The notes under the pieces: generated by a model | Databases searched by the model: none | Told to the model about the DNA's origin: nothing | Seen by the model: only the letters and a program-made list of their open reading frames with translations | Position numbers and translations under genes: made by a program | Part shown: piece by piece, positions 1 through 20,399 of the stretch | Layout: each line of letters starts with the position of its first letter | How positions within the stretch are numbered: position 1 is the stretch's first letter | Source of the DNA: Antechinus flavipes | Lineage: Eukaryota | NCBI RefSeq assembly: GCF_016432865.1 | Contig: NC_067403.1 | Location: 256,184,001 to 256,248,000, forward strand | Length of the DNA: 64,000 bases | Reading direction: 5' to 3'

Positions 1-39
1 GGCAGACCCGAGAGCCCCTGGAGGGGCGGGCCCCCCGCC

Positions 40-3000
40 ATGCAGTCCGACGACCTCTTTGTCCGCAGGCTTCGCCAGCCCGCCAGGCCGGCCCTGACCC
101 CTCACACCTTTGAGCCCAGGGTGTCCCCTGGGCCCGGGGCTCCCCTGCTGCGGAGTGGCAGCGATGCGGGGGAGGCGCGGCCCCCCCCCACGGCGAGCCC
201 CCGCGCCCGAGCCCACAGCAACGAGGAGGGGGGCCGCGGGGCCACCCCCGCCCGGCTCTTCGCCGACCCTCTGGCCTTGCTGGGCCTGCCGCCCGAGGGA
301 GAGCCGCCCCCCGAGTTCCCGGCGGCCCCGGAGCCCCGCTGGTTCGCGCACTATGATGTCCAGAGCCTCCTCTTTGACTGGGGAGCCGGGGCCAGGGAGC
401 CCCCCGACACCCCTCCCACTCCCAGCCCCGCTCAGGCCTCGGGCTCGGACCTGCTCCTGGGGGCTCCGGGCTTCCTGAGCGAGGTGGGGGGGGAGGGCGA
501 GCTGGGCCTGGGCGGCTTGTTGCCCCCGGCGCTGCCCCCCACGCTGCCCAACGCGGCCATCTCCATCCTGGAGGAGCCCCAGACTCGCTCTGAGCCGCAC
601 AGCTTGGAGCACACCGACGCGGGGGCCGGCTACTACCGCAAGTACTTCTATGGCAAAGGTGAGGGGCCGGGGGTGGAGGCGGGGAGGGCGTGGGGACATT
701 GTCTGATGTCTGAGTGGGGGGGCCCTGCGGAGGAGGAGGCTGGGGGGGGGCGTCGGAGCCGGGACCCAGTATTAGAATGTAGGATGTCCGAGCTGGGACA
801 GACTCTAGAACACAGAACGTGGAACGTCAGGGGGAGGGGCCTTAGAACAGGGAATGTCAGACTAGGAAGAACTTAGAACCTGCACCCCACTTCCTAATCC
901 GACAAGTGGGAAAACGGAGGCTCCCAGAGAAGGAGGCGGCCGGCCCGGTGAGTTCACAGCAGAGCTGAGAGACTAGAACTCAGGACTCTGGGCTCCTTTT
1001 CTACTGCCCCGGAATCGGGGAAGAGGGAAGGGGCCCTGCGGAGTGAGCCTGTGCCCTGTGGCTGTGGGAATAATCCCCCTGCCTCCCTCCCCGGCCCCCC
1101 CGCTCCCCCTGCCCCCCGCCCCGGCCTCCAGAGCACCAGAACTTCTTTGGGATCGACGAGAACCTGGGCCCGGTGGCCGTGAGCATCCGGCGGGAGGAGA
1201 AGGAGGGCGGCGGCTCGGCCAGCCCCCAGCACAGCTACCGCCTCATCATCAGGACCACTCAGGTGGGGGCCGGGAGATGGAGGCCGGGGGGGCGCCGGCC
1301 CCGCGGGTGCCGGCCCTAAGGGGTTGCCCTCGTCCTCAGCTGCGGACCCTCCGAGGCTCCATCTCCGAAGAGGTCCTGCCCCCCGGCCCTCCCCGAGGCC
1401 TGTCCCCCAAAAAGCTCCTGGAGCACGTGGCCCCCCGGCTGAACCCCGCCTGCCTGCGCCTGGGCTCGGCCTCCCCCAAGGTGCCTCGCACCCTCCTCAC
1501 CCTGGACGAGCAGGAGGTGAGTAGGGGCTCCCCTCCCAGGGCTTCCCTTGGGCCCCTGCGCCACCTCTCGGTGCCCGGGGGCGAGACGGCAGCCAGAGCC
1601 CCCGGGGCAGTGGGCAGAGCCCTGGGCATCGTCCGGCTTTGCCGCTTCTGGACGGGGGGGGGAGGGGGGGGCTCCCGTGACCCTCCCCTCCCCTCCCCCA
1701 GCTAAGCCTCCAGCGCAAGGTGGGCGTCCTCTACTGCCGGGCGGGCCAGGCCTCCGAGGAGGAAATGTACAACAACGAGGAGGCCGGGCCGGCCTTCACC
1801 CAGTTCCTGCAGCTCCTGGGGGAGGTGGTGAGGCTCAAAGGCTTCGAGCATTACCGAGCCCAGCTGGACATCAAGAGTGAGTGCGGGGGAGGGGGCTGCA
1901 GGCCCGAGAGCCCGTCCCGCCGGGACCCTCCGGCTCCAAGTGCAGGGACTCCCCGGCCTGGAAGTTCTCTGGGCTCTGGGGCAAATAGTGACAATTGTAT
2001 GTAATCGAGAGGAAGGGAACGGCACTACCTGAGCACCTACTGTGTGCCAGGCCCCTCGATCCCCACGAGATCCCGGAGCGGGAAGCGCAGAGATTGTCCC
2101 GGCTTTAGAGGGAGGAGAGCGGAGGCCCCGGGTTAGGGAACGGGCCAGACCACCCCGGGGCCTGGGGGAGCGGAGGGGGGGCCGGGGGCTGGCAGCGCGC
2201 TGCAGGGGGGCCTGATATGGGGAAGGGGAGGCTGCAGGGAGGGAGAGCCCCGGGGGGCTTGTGGGCGGCAGAGAAGAGACAGAGACACAGAGAGGGAGGG
2301 AGGCGGCCTGCCTTCCCCTCCCCCGCGCCCTGGCCGGCTCTCGAGGCCGGTTCTGGGGCCACATCTGAAGGTCACTGGGAGCTGGCCGGAGGCCAGGGGC
2401 TGAGGACGCAAGGCCGGGAGCCCGAGAGCCAGTGCCCAGGGAGAGTTGGCGGGAGCGGCCGAGGGGTCAGGGGCCGTGGGAGCATCTTCCAGCTGGGGAG
2501 GAGGGCCCAGGGCAGATGCAGGGTCCCCGGGACGGTGCTGGGAGCAGGAGGGGGGCCTCTGGCTGCCCGAGTCCCGCTTGGAGCCTTGGCTGGGGGGGCA
2601 GGGGCCCATTCACAGGCTCCCTGCCGGTTAGAGCCAGGGCCCCCCTCTGGTGCTTCCAGGCTTAACGTGGCCTCTCCGGGCCTCAGTTTCTCCCTTTGTA
2701 AAATGAGATTAGCCCCCCCCCCGGCCCCTCCCAGCTGGGGGGGGGGTTTGCGGTCATTGCCTCTCAGTCATTTCTCCGGGGTACTTGTCAGTGCTCCTCC
2801 TTCCTTGGCCCCCTCCCCCTCCCCCTGCTGCTTCCTCTCCTTCCCCTTGGCTCCTCTCCGGGGATGGGGGGGGGCTCTTGGCAGGGAAAAGGTCGGGCCA
2901 GTCTGAAGGCCGCCCCAGGCCCAGGTCAAGGCCCACAGGGCTGAGAACGGGGCCTCTGAGGGGGCGGGGCTGGAGAGCGCCCTCCTGTCGGGCTCCTGTC

Positions 3001-6000
3001 TCAGACCCCGGGTTTCCCCCCTTCCCTCGGCCACAGCGGACTCCACGGGGACACACTCTGTCTACACCACCTACCAAGACCACGAGATCATGTTCCACGT
3101 CTCCACCATGTTGCCTTACACCCCCAACAACCAGCAGCAGGTGGGAGGGCGCGGGCCGGCCATCCTGCGACTGGGCTTGGAGTCGGGCGGAGGGCCTGGG
3201 GGGTGCCCGGGGGTAGGGAGAGTGGCCGCGGCCTCAGTTTCCCCAGCTGCCTGGCCGCGAAGGTCCCTCCCAGCTCCCACCGGGAGGCTGCTCTGCTCGG
3301 GGGGTTGGGGGCTCTTGGAGCTTCCCTGCCTCCTGAGCCGCCCCCGCCCCGTTCCCCAGCTCCTGCGGAAGAGACACATCGGCAACGACATCGTGACCAT
3401 CGTCTTCCAGGAGCCGGGGGCGCACCCCTTCTGCCCCAGCACCATCCGCTCCCACTTCCAGCACGTGTTCCTGGTGGTCCGGGCCCACGCCCCCTGCACC
3501 CCCCACACCTCCTACAGGTCCGGGCCCGGGGGCGGTTCCGGGGGGCCCAGTCCCAGGGAAGCCGGGCCCCCCCCGAGCTCGCTGACGCCTCCTCTCCCCC
3601 GCAGCGTGGCTGTGAGTCGGACCCAGGACACCCCGGCCTTCGGCCCCGCCCTGCCCCCCGGCGGGGGGCCTTTCCCGGCCTCCCCGGCCTTCCGGGCCCT
3701 GCTGCTGGCCAAAGCCCTCAACGGCGAGCAGGCGGCCAGCCGCGCGCGCAAGTTCCACGCCATGGCCACGCGCACGCGGCGGGACTACCTGCTGGAGCTG
3801 GCCACCAATGAGGTGACCACGACCTCTCTGGACTCGGCCTCCCGCTTCGGGCTGCCCTCCCTGGGGGGTCGCCGGCGCGAGCGGCCCCGGGGCCCGGGCG
3901 GGGAGCTGCAGGCGCAGGGAGCCCTGGTGTGGGGGGTGCGGGCCGCCCCGGGGGGCGAGGAGGGGGCGGCCGAAGTCCCCTGCCTGCTGGGCGTCTCGGC
4001 CGAGACCCTGGTGCTGGTGGCCCCCCGGGACGGCCGAGTCGTCTTCAACTGCGCCTGCCGGGACATACTGGCCTGGACCTTCTCCGAGCACCAGCTGGAC
4101 CTGTACCACGGCCGGGGGGAGGTGCTGACCCTGCGGGTGGGCGGTGCCCCCGGCGAGGCCGTGGGCGAGATCGTGGCCAGGCTGCAGGTGCGGCTGGGGC
4201 CGGGGGGGGGGGGGGTGTGTTTGGGGGGGGGGCCTGGGGGCCGGGCAGGGGGCCTGAGAGCCGTGTCCCCGCAGCTGGTGAGCCGAGGCTGTGAGACCCG
4301 CGAGCTGGCGCTGCCCCGGGACGGCCAGGGCCGCCTGGGCTTTGAGGCGGACGAGGGGGGCTTTGTGAGCCACGTGGAGCGGTTCACCTTCGCCGAGACC
4401 GCCGGGCTGAGGCCGGGGGCTCGGCTCCTGAGGGTCTGTGGCCGCCCCCTCCCCCGGCTGGGACCCGGGGCCGCCGCCGCCCTCCTGCGCTCGGCCCCTA
4501 AGGTCTGCGTCACCGTCCTGCTGCCTGACGAGAGCGGCCGGCCCCGAAGGTCAGAGCGCTTCCCGGCCCGCGGTCCTGCCCCGGACCGGCCGCTTCTTTG
4601 TCCACGGGAGGCGTTGGGAGTCTGCGGGGTCCCCCTGCCCCTAAAGGAGCCCCCCGTGCCTGGGCGATGGGGGAGGGGGTTAGGGACCGACCCGGGTGGG
4701 CTCTGGACAAAAGGCACCCCGGAACGCCCCTGGCCTCAGTTTCCCCTTCCGGGCCCGTCCTCCGGGGAAGCTCCATTCTCCTTTCTCCCCACAGGAGTTT
4801 TTCCGAGCTCTATGAGATGTCGCTGCAGGAGCCGGGGCGGCGGGGGCTCCAGGGCCCGACCACCCTCCAGACGCTGCACGGGCTGAGCCTGCAGGACGGC
4901 TCCCCGGCCCCCGGCCCCCCCCCAGGCCTCCCCGAGGAGAGGACCGAGTTCCTGCGCAGTCAGAGCGAGCCCTCCCCCCAAAGGTCGGTCCTGCTCCTTC
5001 CCGAGCCCCCCCCCCCAGCCTCCTCCCGTCTGCTCCCATCCTCGCCCTCCCCTCACCTCTCCCTCGCTGCCCCCAGCTCCCTGTCCGATGGGGTCCCCGT
5101 CCTGCCAGACGCCACCCCGGACCTCCTCTTGGTCACCACCCATAAGGCCCCGCAACCTGGTCAGGCGGGGCCGGGCCTCCGGACCAGGTAAGAACCAGCG
5201 GCAGCCCAGGGGGACCTCGGGGCTTCTGGGGATGCCGGGGTGGCCGGGGCGGGGGAGCTGGGCCCCGTGCCCTCAGTGTGCCCCCTGACCCAGGCCCTCC
5301 CTGACACTTCCATTGGACAAGAGGCTCTGGAAGCCCCGCCCCCGCTGCCCAGGGAGCTGAGCGATTCTTTCCTGCCTCGGACCCTCTCCCTGAGGAATTC
5401 CATCAGCAAGAGTAAGTCTCCCCAGGGCGGGGGGGGGGCAGACTTCCCCTCCCCCTTCTCTCTCTCTCCCCTCACCCCCCCCCCGTCTCCCCCCCAGTCC
5501 TGTCTGAGGCTGGCAGCGAGCCCCTGGACGAGGAGTGGAAATCCATCGCGGAGATCGCGTCCACCTGCAACAGCATCCTGGAGGCGCTCTCCCGGGAGGG
5601 TGAGCCTGGGTCCCTGAGGGCGGAGAGCTGGCCGGGGGGCAGGGGGGGCGCGGCTCCCGGGCCTTGGGGCCCCCTGCCCCTCCCCCTGTCCTTGCTTATC
5701 TGGGGGGGCTGCCTGGGGGGTCGGGGGTTGGAAGGGAAAGACTCGTGGAGGAGGGAGCACCGAGGGCTGTTGTCGCTGCAGGCCAGCAGCTGCCGGAGGC
5801 CCGGGATCCCAGGGAAGCCTCCAAGGCCGAGTCCGAGTAAGTGCCAGCGGGGCTGAGACCCGGGGGGGGGGGGGGGGAAGGAGCCCCTGCCCTCTCCCGT
5901 TTGGCCCCTCCTCCCACGTTCGGGGCCACCCAGCAGGGGCCTGTGCCCGCGGGTGCCAGACTCCTCAGGAAGCCTCCTTTCCCCAGCCCGGCCTCGGGGA

Positions 6001-6375
6001 GCCTGTCGGAGAAGGTCTCCCACCTGGAGAGCATGCTGAAGAAGCTTCAGGATGACCTGCAGAAGGTGAGGAGGGAGGGGGAAGTGGGGGCGGAGGGACG
6101 GCCCTGGCGGAGGAGGGAGGGGGAGGAGGGAGGGGGAGGCGGCCCTGGGGGAGGAGGTGGCTCCCAGGAGAGGAGGCAGGCAGCCTGGGGGGGGTCTCCG
6201 AGATCTGAAGCCTCCTCTCCATCCCGCATCCCTCCAGGAGAAGGCGGACAAGGCGGCCCTGCAGGAGGAGGTTCGGAGCCTCAGACACAACAACCTCCGG
6301 CTTCAGGCAGAGTCCCAGAGCGCCGCCGCCCGCCTGCTCAGAGCCTCCCAGCAGCTGGGGAGCCCGGGCCCCTGA
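40..6375 (+). CDS. SIPA1: Signal-induced proliferation-associated protein 1 (RapGAP, PDZ, C-terminal coiled coil); 15 coding exons, about 1000 aa, possibly 5'-partial
   Basis: Exons: 40-658, 1132-1262, 1340-1516, 1702-1876, 3037-3140, 3360-3517, 3605-4187, 4275-4549, 4795-4983, 5077-5159, 5277-5411, 5498-5599, 5782-5836, 5987-6065, 6238-6375. All GT-AG with matching phases. Recognisable motifs: [28 protein letters not shown], catalytic [38 protein letters not shown]. The junction 5159/5277 and the acceptor at 5987 (alternative 5969) are uncertain. The frame is open upstream of base 40. Confidence 0.96.
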
Positions 6376-6590
6376 TGCCCGCCTGCACCCGGGCCCAGGA
6401 CTTCCTGCTGGGGCAGATGTGGCCGGCGCTGCCCCGTCCCCCCTCCTCTGCCTCAGGGGTCTGGAGTGGGGCCGTGTACTGTGTAAAAGTGACCCCCTGC
6501 CCCCTCCTGGCCTTTCCCAGGAGCCTCCTGGGCCGCCTTCTCCCAGCCCATCTGTAAATACCACTGGGCAGAGCTGCCCTCGTTTTGGAA

Positions 6591-6596
6591 AGTAAA
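6591..6596 (+). terminator. Candidate SIPA1 polyadenylation signal (AGTAAA variant)
   Basis: AGTAAA about 215 nt after the stop codon; no AATAAA seen nearby. Confidence 0.4.
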
Positions 6597-7754
6597 GAGC
6601 CAGCGGGCACCGTGCGAGCTGCAGTGGATGAATGACGAGGGGGAGGGTCTGCCCTGGAGCCCCAGGCCAGCCTCCTCCTTCCCAGGGGCCCCGGGTCCTC
6701 CCGGGCAGGATGGGACAGAGGCCCCTGGGGAGGGGAAAGCCAGGGCCCGGGAGGGATGGTGGGAGCCTCCGTCTGGAGTCAACGGGCCCGGGGGCTGACC
6801 CTCGTCTGTGGGGGGAGACGCGGGCCCAGAGACCGCAGAGGCCAGTCCAGTCTCTGTGAAGGGTCCGAGCCAGGATTTCGGCTTTGTCCCCTGATGACTC
6901 ATGGGTGGGGAGCAGAGCGGGCGGGGCTGGCGGGGGCCCTGCCCAGCCCTGTGAGGGAGAGATTGCGCCACTGGCTCCTCTCCTGGCTCCCAGGGGGCTC
7001 CAGGCCCTCGTCCCAGAGATCCGTGGGCTGCCCCTCGCTGCCCTGCTCCAGGCTGGGCTCCCCTCCTGCCGCCGCCTCCCGCTCCCGCCTGGCATCAGCC
7101 TTAGTCTCCCTCCAGTCGGGTGGTCCGGCTCTGCTGCGCCTCCCCCCTCCTCCCCCACAATGCTCTGGGCCTGCAGGACAGGACGCTGGGTCGTCCCGGG
7201 GGATCAGCCCCAAAGCAGGGCAGCCGCTCCCGGGGCGGGGGAGGGGGGGGCTGCTGGGACTGCCCCCTCCCCTCCCCCTCTCCCCTTGACTGAGAGGCCT
7301 TTTGTCAGTGCACCCTGGGCCTCAGTGCGAGGCCCCCAAGGGAAATGAAGCTCTTCTTGTCCACCCCATGTCAGGGCCCTCCCCCCACCCCAGGCCGGCG
7401 GCCTGGAACAAACGGCTGCATTTACTGGGGTTCAGTCACGTTGGAGAGGAAATGTCTCCCAAGGGGGGAGGGTGAATCGGCTCCCTTGGATTGTCATCCC
7501 ACAAGGCACAGGGGGAAGTAGCTGGGGCCTGGAGAACCCCCTGAGGGAGAGGGCGGCTGGGACTCCCCCTTATTCACTGGAGGTTCCAGAGCCAGCCCGC
7601 ACTCTAGTGTACTGGGAAGGTACCCCAAGCTCCCCCTTTTCTAGCCACTTGGGGCTTCTCCCTCACTGACTGGGCACTCCAGAGCCTGCCTTTGACCTGA
7701 CTGAGCTAGCAGGGAATACTGAGGCTCCCCTTTCCCCACTTAGGGAACTCCCCT

Positions 7755-8210
7755 CCCACACCTGAGTGTCCCCTTCTCTCATACCTGAGCGTCCCCTCCC
7801 ACACTTCAGGGTCCCTTTTCTCACACCTGAGCGTCCCCTCCCACCTGAGCATCCCCTCCCACACCTGAGCGTCCCCTTCTACACCTGAGCATCCCCTTCT
7901 CTCATACCTGAGGGTTCCCTCCCACATCTGAGCATCCCCTCCCACACCTCAGGGTCCCCTTCTCCCACACCTGAGCGTCCCCTTCTACACCTGAGCATCC
8001 CCTTCTCTCATACCTGAGCGTCCCCTCCCACATCTGAGCATCCCCTCCCACACCTCAGGGTCCCTTTTCTCACACCTGAGGGTTCCCTCCCACCTGACCA
8101 TCCCCTCCCACACCTGAGCGTCCCCTCCCACACCTCAGGGTCCTCTTCTCCCACACCTGAGTGTCCCCTCCCACACCTGAGCGTCGCCTCCCACACCTGA
8201 GCATCCCCTC
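7755..8210. repeat. Minisatellite, about 19-21 bp unit (CACACCTGAGCGTCCCCTCC-like)
   Basis: About 20 imperfect tandem copies are directly visible; the + strand is C-rich. Confidence 0.9.
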
Positions 8211-8649
8211 ATCATTCATTCATGGGAAGAACTTGACCTCGAAGAAATGGTGGTAGCAAAGCTGACCCCTGTTGGCCCCCTCCCCTCCCCCTCTCCCCTT
8301 GACTGAGAGGTCTTAACCTGCGAGCTGGACTTGTCCCTGACAGAGACTCCCCTCCACGAGATCCCAACCAGTGGTGCTGACCGCCCCGCCCCTCCCCCCA
8401 GTAATGGGGCGAGCTGAATGGCCAGGAAGTCATTCTTTGCCAGCCTCAGTTTCCCGCATCGTGGCACTCTCTGGGTCAGTGGGAACGAGCCTAATCCCTT
8501 CTCCTAGGGTCAGTCCACAGAGTCCAAGGAAACCTCCATCCCCTCGAGCAACCTTTCAACCTAAGCAAGGCCGGGGCTCGGAGCCCTTCACGTCCAGGGT
8601 GGGGGACGTCATCCAGAAATGAGGAAACTGAGCATCCGAACGCACAAGG

Positions 8650-9260
8650 GGGTGAGCTCAGCGAGATAGCTCTCCCGGGGGCGGGGCCGGCTGGGACACG
8701 CCCTTAAGGCAGAAGACCCGCCTACCTCTGAGAGCCTGAGCAGACTGACCGTCCTCGACTTTGGTCTGCGCATGTCCAACTTGGCAGGCAAGGGAGAGGA
8801 AATTGATCCAGGCCCGCTGCCCCCACGCCCTCAGTGCGCATGCTCGGTTGCTGGGCAGGCTTTAGGGTCGCGTCCCAACACTGCCTCGCCCCATCTCCTC
8901 CCGGACACTTCCCTCTCCCGCCCCTGGGTCGGTCGAAGAAGTTGCACTGGGGATTCATCACGTTTCCCTGAGGAGCTTTAAGGCAACTTCTTTTCCTTCC
9001 CCCAAAGACCAAAACCTTACGCCTGTGACGCGCACACGCAAGCCCAGAAACCAGTAGTTTTCGTACGCATGCGCCTCCCGGGGCGCGGCTGACTTTTTTA
9101 AACAAACTTTGGGTGGACAGGCCTGTGTGAGCCCACCAGTGCGCGTGCGCCGAGCTGTCACTCTGGCTCCAAGATCCCAAAGCGTACCGGAAGGGGGCGC
9201 CTCGGGACAAATCGCCTCTTGGGAAATCCCTGTGCAAGCTACCCCGCTGGGGGCGCCTGG
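8650..9260. promoter_or_regulatory. Orphan CpG-rich promoter/enhancer-like element between the SIPA1 and RELA 3' ends
   Basis: GC box 8678-8686; NRF1-type GCGCATGC/GCGCGTGCGC motifs near 8767, 8835, 9065 and 9140; ETS ACCGGAAG 9186-9193; kB consensus GGGAAATCCC 9221-9230. Confidence 0.55.
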
Positions 9261-9391
9261 AGCTCTCCCTCCCCGCCCCCCTCTCTTCCCCCCCCCAGTC
9301 TCCTCCCTCCCCCTTCCCCCCCCACAAGGGCTGCCCCTGCCATAGGGCCTGTGATTTCATGGAGCCAGCACACGCGAGGGCTTGGACAGGG

Positions 9392-9397
9392 TTTATT
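9392..9397 (-). terminator. RELA polyadenylation signal AATAAA
   Basis: TTTATT on the + strand, about 525 nt downstream of the RELA stop. Confidence 0.75.
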
Positions 9398-9920
9398 AGT
9401 CAAGGGTAAAAAGAACATGGCGTCAGCAGCCCCCCTCCCCCCCAGCCCACCCCATTTAAGGCACTTGATTGGGGGGCCCGGCCCAGGCTGCCCCCGGAGC
9501 CTTCTACATGTGAAGGATGCTGGTGTCAGGTGCAGAGAGAAAGGAAGGGGGCAGAACCTGGCCCACAGCCAAGGCCCGGGGTGGGGCATCCCGATGAACC
9601 TTGCTCCCCCATGGGGGGGGAGAGGACCAGCATGGCTCCCTCGTCCGCCAGCCCTCTACCCCAGGGTCCAAGGAGCCATCAGTGGGGGGAGCTGCAGGTA
9701 GAGATGGAGAAGGGGGAGACAGCCCCCCAGCCCCCCTTCCTCAGGAGTTAATGCTTTTACTTAAGCACCTCCAAAAGAGAGAGAGACGGCGGATAAAATA
9801 CTAAAACAGGGTTCACGCCTCCCACTCCAGCGAGACGGCGCCCCCAGAGAAGCTCAAGGGGGTGGGAGCAGCATCGGGGTGTTCGGGTGGAGCGTGTCCC
9901 CCGTGGGCCCCCGGCCCCTC

Positions 9921-19484
<9,564 letters not shown>

Positions 19485-20030
19485 GGCCAGGGTCCTGGGG
19501 GCGGGGCCGGGGTCGCAGCTGGAGCCCCTGCGGCGCGGCGCGCGCGCTACGCCCGAGCCATTCGCCAGAGGCGGAAATGCGCCGCGCGCACTCGCGGCGT
19601 CACTGCTCGGAATGCGGGCCCGCGCCTGCGCACCAGAGCGTCTCAGGCCGCGCGCGCGCTGCGCGCACCCGCCTGCGGAGGCGGGGAGGACTGAGTGCGC
19701 AGGCGCGTGGGAGTCGCCGCCGAGCAGGGCAAGGCCTTGAGGGGCAAGGAGGCTTCGAATCCCGGCCGGCTTCACAGTGCTTTAGTTTAAATCTTTTTCT
19801 TCAGCTCTTCAAATCGCTTCTGCAAGACGTCACGGACCCAGTTCCCACCCAAGGCGGGTTGGGCGGGGCGGGTAGGGTAGGCCGCCACCCTGATTGGCGG
19901 AGAGCGCGACGCAGCAACGTGCTTACGTCATGCGTCCGCGAGAAGCACGTGGCCCCAGGACGCTCCGGGAGGAGCGAAAGGACTGTCCAGAGCTGGTGGG
20001 TAAAGAAGGCCGGCTTTATAAAAGCTTTTG
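19485..20030. promoter_or_regulatory. RELA CpG-island promoter, probably bidirectional
   Basis: CpG-dense; GC boxes, GGCGGAAATG ETS-like motif, NRF1-like TGCGCAGGCGC, GACGTCA/TTACGTCA, ATTGG, CACGTG, and TATAAAAG at 20017-20024. Confidence 0.75.
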
Positions 20031-20399
20031 CCCCTGCGCGCAAAGCACTGCTCCCGCCGGAATGAGAGAGAAGACGCCCAGGGAAGAGCCCCCGGGATGC
20101 TTAGGGGGCACGGCAGAGCAGAGCTCGACACGAGGGGGCACAAACGGTATCGGTCTCGGATGTTGAGCCGCTGGACGCCGCTGAGGGGTCCTGGGAGTTC
20201 GGGAAGGACCTCCCTCCGGTGTAGCCCTGGCCCCTGCCTCCTTTTTCCTTTTACCTTGCAAAGCCAGGTTCCCTTTATTCTTTGTTCCATAGTCCTGGAA
20301 AAAGCCGTCTACACTTGGCTCCTCCACCCTCCCTCCTGGAAAAGGCGTCTACACTAGGTGCCTCTACTGTCCCTCCTGGAACAGACCAGCTTCGCTGGG

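Noticed and set aside
3234-4717. Long minus-strand ORFs (379 and 310 aa) over SIPA1
   Set aside because: Antisense shadows in very GC-rich, stop-poor sequence. The same applies to most Pro/Gly/Arg-rich ORFs in the track.
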